NCBI RefSeq assembly: GCF_026571515.1
Contig: NW_026852957.1
Span: 62,001 to 126,000, forward strand
Direction: 5' to 3'
DNA length: 64,000 bases
From: Ruditapes philippinarum
Taxonomy: Eukaryota
The notes under the pieces were generated by a model. The model made no database searches, was not told where the DNA came from, and saw only the letters and a program-made list of their open reading frames with translations. Shown here in pieces: positions 49,886 through 63,776 of the stretch. Made by a program: the position numbers and the translations under genes. How positions within the stretch are numbered: the stretch's first letter is position 1; the number at the start of each line of letters is the position of its first letter.

Positions 49886-52029
49886 TCTATAGCGGAAGTC
49901 GAAAAACAGCAATATTTTAATTCACAACTTTAGTGATAACATTGCATTTTATCCATTTGTTATAGCAAACTGAATCAATGCTAAAACGTTGCCTAAAGCT
50001 TATGCTAAGTCTCGGTCATTCTTTATAAAAATTATCGTATATCCCAGCTTTTATCTTTCTCGATATTGTTAATAATTCCCAAACAAATGTAGTTTTCTAT
50101 TTCCATATACTTATCCGACATCTTATCACATACATGAACATATCTTATCAATGCAACTGAAATAAGTTGACATAGAATGTAATTTATATGATACTACAGG
50201 TTTGTAGTTTCAATTTACGTCTCCTGAAAACGACTGGAGTGGTCTTAGTTTGTCAAAATATACAATTTATTTAACAGTTAGTAAAGTTGCAGAAGATAAT
50301 GCATACTGAACAGTCAATGAAAACTTTTTCAAATTTTGAAATGCTATACCTTTTCGCCGTTTTTTTACATACTGTAAACTTATCATGATGGATGCATCCA
50401 TTTTATCTTCCGCTTTGGTATTTGTATCAATTTACCATTTAGTTTCGCTTTTCGTTTTCTGAAAATATAAGGAGATCTGTTATCGAATGTCTGACTGAAA
50501 AAAGTCACTAGTTAGAATATGTATACATGAACTTTGGTGAAATATTTCATCAGTATTTGAAACACATAGAAATATTTCTTTCCTGTAAACCCCTACGAGA
50601 TAAATGATGATTTTGTAACTATACACATAATTTGGCATCACCTCTATTTTGTTTTGTTTTTTTACGATTATTTTATGGTGAAGGGATTATACAAGAATAT
50701 ACACCTGGCTTATGTGGTGACCGATATAATTGGATATTCACATGACTGTGTCTTTATGCAATAACTGTTTTATTGTACAACCAAATACAAATTTTATTTG
50801 GTGCATCGTTTTTTGTTTATATCTTTTTGACATTCGATTGCATTTTAAAGCGGGTAAATATTCATATAAAAACGCAGCAAAACGTTTTTAGTTTATACTC
50901 ATATTTTGAAAGTAAAACAAGCGTTGTCTGATTCTGTAAGTAACATATGATGTTTGTTTTACGTCACGTTGTTCAATACGATATTGATAGTTGAAATGAT
51001 GTTTCTAAATTCAAAATTTTCCATTTCATGTTTATATGTTGAATTATGTATAAGCCGGTGATAGGGCGCGTGGACGGTAACTTTCGCTTTTCAGTACCGT
51101 CCTTGAACAGACTCATCAAACCGAGCCTGCAACATTTTCAATTTTGTCATGTAAGAGTTTCTTTAGGAAATTTGTTTTTCTCTATTTGATTGGCCGGTTT
51201 TCATTGTTCTGACGTTATAAAGTACACGTAGTTTGTTTTGATCAATATCCTCAAGTGAATATCACTTTCTATTTCCGTCAATCGCAATACGGGGATATTG
51301 GTAGTCATATAATAATGGTTTTTATATAGGTATGCACTCTACCAGTACAAAACATAAATTTAAAAAAAAAATCAAGTGTTTTATTTATTTCATTTCAACT
51401 ATCAATATTGATTCAAAGCTTTAGCAACAGTCATGAAGAACATGAGAGAAATTTATAAGCGTCACTCTATTTTATCATAAACAAACATACAAAATACAAC
51501 CATTTATCATTTACGTTTACATTGTGACAGCATTTAGAGAATGTTATATCTTAGTCATATGCAAGTATCGTCATGTATAGGTTGAATTAAACTTATCAAA
51601 GTGCTTGCCTTTTTCACTAGTATCTTGCATAAACAATCATTTTCATGGATCCTTAAAATGGAATTAAAATCAAATGTTAGTAACCAACTGTTCAACATTT
51701 GTGAAATATTACTTTAAGATAATACTCCTTTACATGATAGGAATATGAAAACAATCAAGAATCTTTAGCTCAATGTCAACATTTACTATGTAAAAATAAT
51801 ACTATACATGTACTAACAATCTGTTTCAAAAGTACTTCCTGTTTAAATTGCGCAAATTCACGTTTCTCCTTATTCCAATTTGAATATAAATTGTTTCAAC
51901 GCCATTTTACATTATCTGCTCTTGAACTGTTTTATGTTTCTATTTATTGGCCTTTACTTGTGTCTTTTGATAACATCTTTATGTTCAGATTTCAATATAT
52001 TTTAATTAAAAATAAATTGTTCAATATAT

Positions 52030-52170
52030 TGATACCAATTTTATTTTAATCATGGATCAAAATTACTTGGTCTTTAGCTGAAGGATGATGGCTCCACATG
52101 TTTTTTCGAGCTGAAAACATAACAAATCTGTAGATTCTCATAACCCGACATGCAGTTTAAAAGTCGATTT
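52030..52170 (-). pseudogene. 3'-terminal remnant of a fifth subfamily-2 copy
   Basis: Translates as KLHVGL*ESTDLLCFQLE, matching KLYVGL..S.DLLCFQLD; catggatcaa end is shared. Confidence 0.8.
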
Positions 52171-55100
52171 ATCAATTAAATTTAGTCGCCTCTTATTATT
52201 ATATAGGTATAAACGGTGGCTGCAATTTCAATTCATCAAACCTTAAAAGGCAACACCTCAGCGAAAAGAGGGATCAAATATATGATTTTACCTATCTTAA
52301 GATACTTATACTCATAATTAAATCCCTTTCATTTTTTAATTATTGTAATTCACCACAAAAGGAAAAACTATATTTTCTTTATTTCTTTCATTTCCACTTT
52401 TCTTTCTCAAAACCTTAAAAAAACAAATGAAAGCTCACAAGAGAAAGTTGTAGGTGGTATTTACTATATATGTTTTTTATCATTATACATGAACATACAA
52501 TTTGTTCCTTTTGAATATACTCAAGTCCGATAATTATATATTAGGATTTCAAGATGTTGTCGTGCTTCCCCATATACATTTTATGTGTCATTTTATTCTG
52601 TCATATCACCTGTTTTAAGTCTTAAGAATCAAACCGATGTATACAATAGGTAATGTAAAACTTAATCCTTAACCTGTTAACCTGAATTTCTGATATAGAC
52701 TTGCCCAGCATCAAGTTTTGGACCTGCCATTTTTAATTTTTTTTTTTAAGTATCAAGACCAAAGGTGAAAGTAAGACTGCCGACTGTCAAACAACATGAA
52801 CGTGCTGGCTGGTCTGGCTTAATATTGATGACAAAGCCTATGACTTTGGGTTTCAGCAGGGTACGGGTTTATGATAACCCAATGAAAATTGACATAAACA
52901 TTGACATTAAAGACTGAACCCCATTTTCAAATATTAAACACAATTCCTTTAACTTTATTGATCGATAAATTTGCTATTGAAAATTCGACATTAAAGGTTA
53001 ATATTCTAGACAGAAGGTAATGCTTTATAAAGCCCAGTTTCTTAATCAGAACGGGTTAAATCATTTAAAGCTGGAATATAGAGCTGATATTTCTGTGCTT
53101 TATTCAATCATTTTTATCACTACTATTTATTTATTTTAATGTGAGAATGTTTCCGGAAATACTGTAAATATTGATATCTCGATTGTTGATTTCTGTTAAC
53201 AGTAATATTTGACGACATGTTCATATTATATCAAGTTGTTTTACCTGTTTTGTTAATTTCATAATTATATGTTTGTATATATGTTCAGCTACCTATCTGT
53301 ATTTATTATAATTGTGAGATGATTTGGATATTGCTCTGTAGTCATAGTTCTGGTTTCAAAAACTTTACCAACATTATGCAGTAAAACACACGTGTGGTTT
53401 GTTATTGTAATTGGTCAATTGCCTTATAAATGTATGTTTAATGTACTATGTTTATGCTCCTCAAAGACGATGTTTCATTGCTGGTCATTTGTTTATTAGA
53501 AATTTATATATTGAATAATCAGGATATAATTAATATATGTCTAAGGCATTAGGATAAATCATTATGAGCGTATCAGCACTGTTAATATATGAATAAGACA
53601 CATGGTTTTCAATTTCTGGCACAATATGACAATGATATAAGTGTATTCTTCCTGTCACAGTATAAAACGAGCACTACTAGTACGAGCATAGTGGCATTTC
53701 AGTGCACAGATGACAATTTTTTTCGCAGCCATTTTACGCGTGCGTTAAACCTCGTCTGTCTCTGTTTTAACATGTACAAATGTACATGTATTATATTTAA
53801 AAAAAGTGTATCTCCACTTTGTATTACATATCGTCTATATTCTAGGTCAGCGTTTGCGGAATATAATGCATGAACAACAGTTCATGAAAACTTTGTGAAA
53901 GAATTCAAATCAAATTAGTTTATAGATTTTCACAACACTGCTATTTTTGTTTAAATGGAAAATAAGTGTTAAAATATAAATATAACAGACTTTTACAAAA
54001 CTTTGGACAATTTAAAACCCTGCGAACATTTCTGTTAAAGTAATCAGGAAATGTTTGGGATGGCGAGAAAAGACCGGAATGTGAACTGCGAACCAGCTGC
54101 CGGTGTTTTGACCTATGTGCCTACGATGTAAACAAAGAGGCGAGGAGGATTTTATTTTAGAGCGTGTGAGTCTCTAGCACACATAGACGATTTTAAGGCA
54201 GGCCATTGTGTAGGCACTAATAGCCCTTTTAAGGGCTCCATCCTTTTCCTATTGTATCAGGACACTGTACAGTTAGGTTCTCACTGACCGCCTCACAGTG
54301 ATCTACATTTGGTTCATAATAATATTTTTGGCTAACACTCTGTAGAAATAATCTATGGAGGTAAATTATCACCACTTTGTCCTTCAAAATTAATATTCTA
54401 AAGGCATGACTGGTAACATGCCCTTTGCCCTTCTAAATTCACTTTTAAGGGCATGATTGGTGACATGTCCGAGGTCCGTACTCGACAGCGAAAGCTGCTT
54501 GTTGTGCCCTTCCGGGTGAATGGACCCTTATTTAACATAGACTACAAACATATTTGGTACTCCATGTTTATTAACGATCAACTGAAAAAACCTGCTCGCC
54601 TAAGTGTAATAAACTGGTACTAATCGTGTATGTAAAATATATTTACCATATTGCAAAATACGTTTTTATTCAAAACGATATATTACTTAATTGATTAAGA
54701 CACATCACTTCATTGATTAAAGCGAAATGCTGTACCTTTACGCTCTTTTGGTATACTGGACATTTATCATAATAGACACATCTATTTTATATTCTAAATG
54801 TATTTGTATTAATTTATCATTTATTTATTATAGTACTATTATTTCGCTTTCCGATTTCTGAAAGCATGATAATTCAGATATACTTATCCGTTATCTAGAA
54901 TATACACGTACTTCGGCGAAAAGTTTTATCAGTATTTAAAACAAATAACAATATTGATTTTCTGTAACCCCCGACAAGATAAATGATCTTTTTGTAGCTT
55001 AAGATAACTACAGACATAATTTAGTACCACCTTTATTTTATATATATTTTTATACAATTATTGTATGATAAAGAGGTTATTCGGGTGTATAGACCTGGCT

Positions 55101-57114
55101 AATGTGATATGAATATCACATTCATTAGCAAGACCAGTATACTTGAATATTCATCAAAGTCTTTGTGCAATAAGTGCTATATTGTACATATATGACCACA
55201 TTAAAATCCTTCATTTGGGAAATTTTCAAAGTTGTCCGGTTTCATTTCCACGCAAACAGGCCCTAATTCAGCGGACGGAAAGCTCAAAAGGTTTATGTAT
55301 ATATTTTTGACATTCTATTCTATTTTAAGTATAGGTCATAGTTCGTATAAGAATTATATATATTAAGTGCAAGGGGGCATCAAAGAGAAATTTTTGTTTC
55401 ACTTGTCTGTATATTTTTATATTGCGCATACTATCTATTAGGTAAAATCATAAGGTGAAACTATTTAATGATTAATATGTCAGTTTCCAAATATTGAGAA
55501 TTACCCTCCTACTGGAATGATCGATTCTCTTCTGGTAAAATATTAGAACAACATAAATGTTGGGCAATTTCTTTTTGTAAACAAGCAATTTCAGGAAATA
55601 TTTTAAATTAATGAGATTTAGCAAAGTGTGGGTCATTTTCTGTGCCCTTTATTTACCATGGAAATAGTCCTAGACTCAATTTATTTTTTGTCTGCAAAAA
55701 GGCTTGCAGACCGATAATACAGACTAAAATCTATCATATTTTTGCCTAATGCATTTGGGGGGGGGGGGGGGTTGAGGGTGCAACATACAATATGTTGAGC
55801 TACAAAATAAAAGCACACCTAAACACGAAAAGTGTACATTGTCGTAATTTAAGAGCTGTTGCGTGTTCACCATCAGTAACTGCGTCAATAGAATATTAAT
55901 TTCTACCTCTAATATTAAATCCTGAAATCCTAAAAGAATTCGTCCTGTCCTCATGTTGGATAAAAATTTAATATATTTAACATAACCAAACTCGTTGCGA
56001 CCCGCAACTTATACACATAAGTCTACATTACATGTTCTGTAAAATGTAATTGTCCGTTTGGGCATTTGCATGTTTTGGCCACTGGTCTCATATTTACATC
56101 ATCTGAATCTGTAAATAACTATGTTTGTTTTACGTAACGTTGTTTTAATTGGTCGGCTATTGGTTTCCAATAGTGAACTGTTAAATTTGGCGCCACTTGT
56201 TTTAACGTTATACAGTATATGTAGTTTGTTTTGATCAATATCCTCAGTGAACATCACTTTCTATTGTCCGTCAAGCGCAATACGGGGATATTGGTAGTCA
56301 TCATGGTCATATGATAATGTTATTTATAAAGTTATGCATACAACTTTGCCACACTACTAGTATAATACATACAAAACATTAACATATCTATTGTTTTTGT
56401 TTTTTTCTTTATTTCATTTCAACTATCAATATTCATTCAAAGCCTAAGCAAAAGAAAATAAGTTCAAGATGGACATTTATAAGCGGCAATCTTTTGTATC
56501 ATAAACAATTATACAAAATTTACTTGCAAATCATACAACCGTTTATTATTTACTTTCACATTGTAATATCATTTGGAGTATGCTATCACTTAATCATATG
56601 CAAGTATCATCATGTAAATGTTGACTTAAACTTATTAAAGTACTTGTCTTTTAAAACACTCTCTTGCACAATGATTTTCATTGATCCTTAAAATAGAACC
56701 AAAAACAAATGTTAATAACCAACAGCTCAACATTTATGAAATGTTACTTTCGCATAAAGCTCTTTTACATGATAGGAATATAAAGACAATCATGTTTCTT
56801 TAGTTTAATGTGAACATTTATTATGTACAAATAATAATATACGTGCACTTACATTCTGTTACAAAAGTGTTTATGTACAAAGTTAAAACATCAAATTAAC
56901 GTCAGCATTTAAACATTTTATTGTCGAAGATGTAGTAATTATCATATATCTTCATATTCGAAATTAAATATAAATTGCTTCAACACCATACTTTATTATC
57001 TGTTCTGGAACTATTTTATGTTCTTTTTATGGGCCATTACTTATGTGTAAAAATTTCAATATCTTTTAATTTATGATTGAATGTTCATTATATTGATTTA
57101 TATTGATATCTTCT

Positions 57115-59147
57115 TTATTTCAACCATGGATCAATATTACTTTGTCTTAAGCTGAAAGTTGATGGCTTATCCCACATGTTTTTGTCCAGCTGAAAACATA
57201 ACAAATCTGCAGATTCCCAAAACCCGACATACATTTTTAAATTCAGGTGATCGAATGATATTGCAGACGGAAATTGTTGCAAACCCGTCACAACTGGTTC
57301 AAAAGAAGTGAAACTTTCGAAAGTAACATTATTGATTTTGTAGAAGTTTCCGCAATCAAAGCATGTCCATTCGCGTCAAAGCAGACAGATGCATAGTGAG
57401 TATGTGATGGCATTGTTGTATTTAGCTTTTTGATGTTAAAATTATCTTTTTTTGATAATTTGAGATGAATCAAATTGTTGTCATCTGTTATAAGTGCAGT
57501 TGTCCCGCCAGAAAGGAATGATATTTTACAAGGAAAGCCAACAGTTGCTTTTCCAAATGAGTCATTCGTTACTGTTTTCAAAATATTTCCTTCAGTATCA
57601 AACATTCTAATGTGACCCGGCCCTTCTTTCTCATCCTGTCCTCCACATGCCACAAATAACCTTTTATTACTGTATGCTATTCCACGACAGCATTCTCCAG
57701 TTTCAAAAGACGAACTTTCCTTTAACCGGTCCGGTATATTTCGATGGAACTTTATAATACTGACTTTCCGACGGTATGTAATTGTTACAACAAACGCTCC
57801 ATCTTCTAGTTTACAGATGCCAAATGGGCTTGACGACATTTGAAGTGTGCTTGATACCACTGCCTTGTTTGTGTCAATAGCTTTAATGCAGCCATTGGTC
57901 CAGTCTGTTATCAGAATCATGTCATTCCCTGCCACACACATGTCAAACACAGTTGGAAGCCTCTCTCTCGCTTGTATGATATTTATGCGTCTTGACTCCG
58001 AGCTTGTGTAAGTTCTTTTATCACTGTCAAAGAATCCGAATCTTTGAAAAGCGGCCAAATTCTTATCATATTGTTTGTCTCTCTCATATCCTATTTTATG
58101 TGATGCCGGTCTAGAAGGCGCAATCAAAATTGCTTTCTGAACTGCTTGTAGTTGCTGTTCTGCCTTTTTCATTTGAATAAATTTGTATTCAAGACAGATG
58201 TTTTCTTTTTGAAGCAACGTTAGAGTTGTGTTTAAGCCCTTGTTTATTCTTGAATAATTTTCTATATCGGCCGAAAACTTTTTCTTCTCTTTTTTGAATA
58301 TGTTTTCAACTTTCTTGTTTTCTTTCTCCAGAGAACGTAATAATCGTTGGAAAGTATCTTCGGTGTCTCGTTTGATCTGCTTTAACACTTGCAATGAATC
58401 GTTTCTGTCTTCATCTAGGTTTGTGATATCTACATTCTTTTTCTCAATTGCATCTTTTAGTTGACCTTGGGTTTCTGCTATTTTTTCTACTATTGATTGA
58501 ATGTTCGTTATTTCAGCTACACTTGCAATGGCAACTATACTTTCACATTTGTTATGTTCGGTTGCTTTACATATATTGCAGCATAGCTTATCATCTGAAA
58601 TACAAAACCATTCAATAACTTCTTTCATATGAATAGGACATTCCTCTTCTCTGTTTATCATCAACTCATCTCCACAGTTATTTAGTACTTCTTTAGGTAC
58701 AAGTTTATGCTTTTTGGTAGGTTTAACCATTCTATGCATTTCCACACATTTTTCACACAAATAATCTTCACACTCGACACAGTATAACAACGAGTCAATA
58801 TTTCTATCATTCTCTAAACATGGCTGACAAGGATTGCTGAATTCTTCTTCAGAACCAACATAACCTCCACTCGCACCACAAGATTCTGTCTCAGTACTTT
58901 CATTAATCCCATCATTGCCAGTAATAGCTTTGTCTTCCATTAACTTCGCGGAAGATTTTTCAGTTAATTCAGGAGTATTTGTAATCCCAGTATCACAGTT
59001 TAATTCGTCAGAATTTGCACACGAACTAACAATTTCGGCCGATTCTGTGTTTTCAATTATGGTTAAATTCCCATCCTTGCTCAGTGCTTCAGCTTTATTT
59101 TCTATCTGTTCTAAATTGGTTCCCTCTTCCAGTACTTCTTCCGACAT
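57115..59147 (-). CDS. TRIM-like subfamily 2, copy D: 619-aa ORF; one 1-nt deletion near 57313 truncates an otherwise 677-aa frame
   Basis: Intact B-boxes, coiled coil and most blades; gtgaaactttcga vs gtgaagtctttcga in copy A; homologous tail continues to IDPWLK* at 57115. Confidence 0.75.
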
Positions 59148-60244
59148 TTTAAAGCTGAAGTCGAAAACAACAATATTTTAAATTCAGAAGATTATATAGG
59201 CACGCATTTGATCAAAACTGAATAAATGCTAAAACGCTTGATAAAGTTAATTCTAAATCCTGGTCATTCTTTATTTTTGGAAAATAACGATCTTTTATCT
59301 AGGAATGTCCCAGCTGATACTGTTAAATAATGCACAAACAAATGTATTTTTCTTTATTCATATTTTTATCCTACATCTAATTAAATTCCATGATATATCC
59401 AATTAATACGAGTGAAATAAACTGACATAGATTATTTATACGATACTACAAACATGTAGTTTCGATTTCCGTTTTCTGAAATCGACACGAAATTTCTCCG
59501 TGCTTTACGGTAAAATGTTAACAGTGTGCGATCTTAGTTTGACAATATATGCATTTCAATTAATAGTTGGTAATAAGTTAAAAGAAATTAATAAACTTTT
59601 AGCTAAAATAACTTACTTCCTGAACATCACATCTTTTCTACGATCAATATACAATGCACATTTACATCAAGAATAACTCTGTATGTTGTGAAAATTGCGT
59701 TTAAGCCCGTAGTAATTGTTTCCCTTATTTTGTGAACGTGAACATTAATTTTAATGGTGGTAGTTTGATATAATAAATTTCGTGTCTTTATCCCTTTTTG
59801 TACCGGCAGTGTCGATTGTGATAAATTGTTGTAGCAATAAAAAAAATATATATTTGAACATATTTTTGAAAATATTATTAAAACTTTGATTGGAGGAGAT
59901 TTTTGTTGTTGTTGGTGGTGGTGGTTTTTTTATTATTATTTATTTATTTGTAGATTGATTGTAGAAAGTTGTTCGATTTTATGTCTTTTTATCCCTGTTG
60001 AATGAAATTTTATGTTAAAATATTATACAGTGGTATTAAGTCATTTATTACACAATTCAGTGGATTATCTTTAAATAATTTACTGAATTTAAACCTTACC
60101 ACGCTTTATATCTAAAATAGACATGTCCATCTTTATAGGGACAAAACCATTCATCAATTTAGTGAAATCCTTAATTATGTACTGATTGATCAGCGAACAG
60201 TGCCGACCATGATCACACGGCTGATAGGCTGATCTTGGTCTGCA

Positions 60245-60382
60245 NNNNNNNNNNNNNNNNNNNNNNNNNNNNNNNNNNNNNNNNNNNNNNNNNNNNNNNN
60301 NNNNNNNNNNNNNNNNNNNNNNNNNNNNNNNNNNNNNNNNNNNNNNNNNNNNNNNNNNNNNNNNNNNNNNNNNNNNNNNNNN
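60245..60382. other. Assembly gap (138 N); the duplicate shows a compound (gtt)n(ctt)n(att)n microsatellite here
   Basis: Flanks match about 62965-63051. Confidence 0.9.
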
Positions 60383-60977
60383 TTTGTCATTATAGGAACG
60401 GCTATTTAAATGCAGATTAAGCTTGTATGACAAATATTAACAGATAGAAAAAAGTAAAAGCGCAAAACGACAGTCAATACTAAGGAGGCTGCTGGCTTTT
60501 TCTGCTGCAGGAGTAACGTAGAGGTCAATGAGGGACGGGACAATGATATCGTTGTTACGTGCCTTTGTCACGGCTTAAAGCCCTAAGAACGGGACTTAGC
60601 TGCCGGGTTCGCCTACATGGCCGATTCAGTTCAATTCAATTCAAATATCTTATTTACATTTCATCATATGTACTTCATAAACACCACAATCAGAAATTAA
60701 TAAAACTGATAAAAGTACATATGTCATTTAATCACACACCCGTGCCGATTTGGCGACTCCGTAAAAATGGTATTGCACGGCCGTGCATATATTTTGACGT
60801 GACGTCATTAGCGTTATACAAACAAACTGTAAAGACGCGCTAAATGTTAGCGTTATACTATAGACCCGTCAATGAAAAGACTCTTTTTTTACTTTAAACG
60901 GTCTTTATTTTGGGTATGTGATAAATAGAATATTAAATTCGTGTAAGTTCATCACTGAATTTATTGAACTCGTTGAG

Positions 60978-60994
60978 TTATTATTATCATTATA

Positions 60995-61052
<58 letters not shown>
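60978..61052. repeat. (ATT)n microsatellite; shorter copy at about 63611-63652
   Basis: Direct reading. Confidence 0.97.
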
Positions 61053-61054
<2 letters not shown>

Positions 61055-62617
61055 AACCCACCTTCCAGTAATACAGAACTGAATGAAAATAAAAGTCAAA
61101 ATTTCGATACATTTACCTGCATTAAAGGTTATCTAGATTTTGTGTTGAAGATATTGGATTCATTTGTGTTATATTTTTAGATAGAACTTTACAATTGTAT
61201 GTGAAGCTATCATTTGTGTTATACTTTGCCTACCTACGTATAACTAAACACAGTATAGCACTATATAATATGCCATTCTGATGAAGTTCTGAAACAATTG
61301 TTAGGTTATTCACTTTTTTTATTAGGTGTATAACAAATAATTAGTAACACATTTTGTGTGTGCACTACATCTTATTAGTAATTTCTTTGTTTCATTTTGT
61401 ACCGACTTGCATTTTTTGGATGGGGTGAAATAGTTTGCTTATTTGGTTTTAAAGACCAAAAAAGATCAAAGAAATATCCATGTTCATTCCGTACACACTT
61501 GTACTTGTGGATAATAAAGAGAACGTCCGTCCGCCCCGCATCCCTGCTTACTCGCTGTCCGTCTAAAACAATTTTAGAAAAAGGGGAACATTGGTTTCCT
61601 ATGTCGGCAAAGATTCTCGATTGTAAATTTAGATCCTAATGTATAATACATTCTCATTCGTTTCAGATTTATTTTTGTATAGACGAAACATGTTAAGATT
61701 TACAAACAATTTTCTTCGTGTGAACTAACGGACCACGAAACAAGTTAAAAAAAGCAGTTGCCTTTAAGTAGTTTAACTTGTATACAAAATTGGTGTTGTT
61801 AAATTGCAGGATGTTATGTATTATCCACCAATTGAAAGAGCTACCAGAAGAGGAAGGCGTATGTGAAAATGACAGTAATATGTTTGGTGGGGGAAAACAC
61901 TTCTCGTGCAATCAGGAATGACAATTTAAAAAAATCAATTTTTTTTTCTTTTATGATATTGATTGTAAAATGAAATTTAATGCATTATGTAGCTACAAGT
62001 ATGATTAACATGTAGTTACTATTGTTAATGTCTCTACGACCTGTTATATAAATGTATAAATCTCTTGTTTTCATTTACACGATTCTACATATGAGCGTAT
62101 TAAAGATTATAGTTTTATTTTATGATATTTGATTATATGAATAAACATAGCAATCGTTGTATTCAGCAGCGGCGTTAGTGTCCCATGCTTTCAAAAGTCT
62201 TTCACAGCCACAAAGTAAATAATATTTACTATATTTTATATTTAAAGTACTACCAACCTAAACGCTTTAGCTTTGATTTGATTATGTCGCTTTAATCGCT
62301 TTTCTTTTTAAACGTTTCTATTTGATAAAAGTATATTATTTTAGAAAATGTATTGAATTTAGTTGTATGAATAAATGTGAATATGAATGTAAAAGGTCTT
62401 TTTTTGTAAAATAGTTATTTTAATGATAGAACTACCCACTCTGGTCGCCATCTCTGACTTGTGACTATTGGTGGCTGTTTGATAATAATAAATTTCGCGC
62501 CTTTTATCCCTTTTTGTACAGGCAGTGTCCATTATGATAAATTGTTGTAGTAATAAAAAAATATAAATTTGAACATATTTTTGAAAATATTATTAAAACT
62601 TTGATTGGAGGAGATTT

Positions 62618-62650
<33 letters not shown>

Positions 62651-63437
62651 TTATTATTATTATTTATTTATTTGTAGATTGTAGAAAGTTGTTCGATTTT
62701 ATGTCTTTTTATCCCTGTTGAATGAAATTTTATGTTAAAATATTATACAGTGGTATTAAGTCATTTATTACACAAATCAGTGGATTATCTTTAAATAATT
62801 TACTGTATTTAAACATTACCACGCTTTATATCTAAAATAGACCTGTCCATCTTTATAGGGACAAAACCATTCATCAATTTAGTGAAATCCTTAATTATGT
62901 ACTGATTGATCAGCGAACAGTGCCGACCATGATCACACGGCTGATAGGCTGATCTTGGTCTGCACTGTTCAAAATGGGTTGCTGTTGTTGTTGTTGTTGT
63001 TCTTCTTCTTATTATTATTATTATTATTATTATGGTGCCATAATTTCAACCTTTGTCATTATAGGAACGGCTATTTAAATGCAGATTAAGCTTGTATGAC
63101 AAATAGTAACAGATAGAAAAAGTAAAAGCGCAAAACGACAGTCAATACTAAGGAGGCTGCTGGCTTTTTCTGCTGCAGGAGTAACGTAGAGGTCAATGAG
63201 GGACGGGACAATGATATTGTTGTTACGTGCCTTTGTCACGGCTTAAAGCCCTAAGAACGGGACTTAGCTGCCGGGTTCGCATACATGGCCAATTCAGTTC
63301 AATTCAATTCAAATATCTTATTTACATTTCATCATGTGTACTTCATATACACCACAATCAGAAATTAATAAAACTGATAAAAGTACATAATTATGTCATT
63401 TAGTACAGAATTTTAGTAATCTAGTAATCTATAGTTA

Positions 63438-63508
63438 TCTATAGTATAACGCTAACATTTAGCGCGTCTTTAGTAAAGACGCGTTAAATGTTAGCGTTAT
63501 ACTATAGA
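63438..63508. repeat. Near-perfect palindrome (35-bp arms, 1-nt spacer, 1 mismatch)
   Basis: tctatagtataacgctaacatttagcgcgtcttta-g-taaagacgcgttaaatgttagcgttatactataga. Confidence 0.95.
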
Positions 63509-63609
63509 CCCGTCAATGAAAAATGACTCTTTTTTACTTTAAACGGGTATGTGATAAATAAAATATATAATTCGTGTAAGTTCATCACTGAATTTATTGA
63601 ACTCGTTGA

Positions 63610-63653
<44 letters not shown>

Positions 63654-63776
63654 AATAAACCCACCTTCCAGTAATACAGAACTGAATGAAAATAAAAGTC
63701 AAACTTTCGATACATTTACCTGCATTAAAGGTTATCTAGAGTTTGTGTTGAAGATATTGGATTCATTTGTGTTATA

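Larger units (their letters stand above)
59755..61175 (+). repeat. Tandem duplication unit 1 (unit 2 is 62468-63779)
   Basis: Near-identical collinear sequence including a MITE relic, an (att)n tract and ccaccttccagtaatacagaactg. Confidence 0.92.

Noticed and set aside
37303-49892. Plus-strand ORFs conserved between copies (e.g. 37431-37811, 49166-49546)
   Set aside because: Antisense shadows of the minus-strand B-box genes, mostly with non-ATG starts.
61271-61310. Minimal hammerhead-like string CTGATGA-agttct-GAAAC-aatt-GTT
   Set aside because: Stems I and II cannot form properly, and the paralogous site near 23968 lacks the GAAA.
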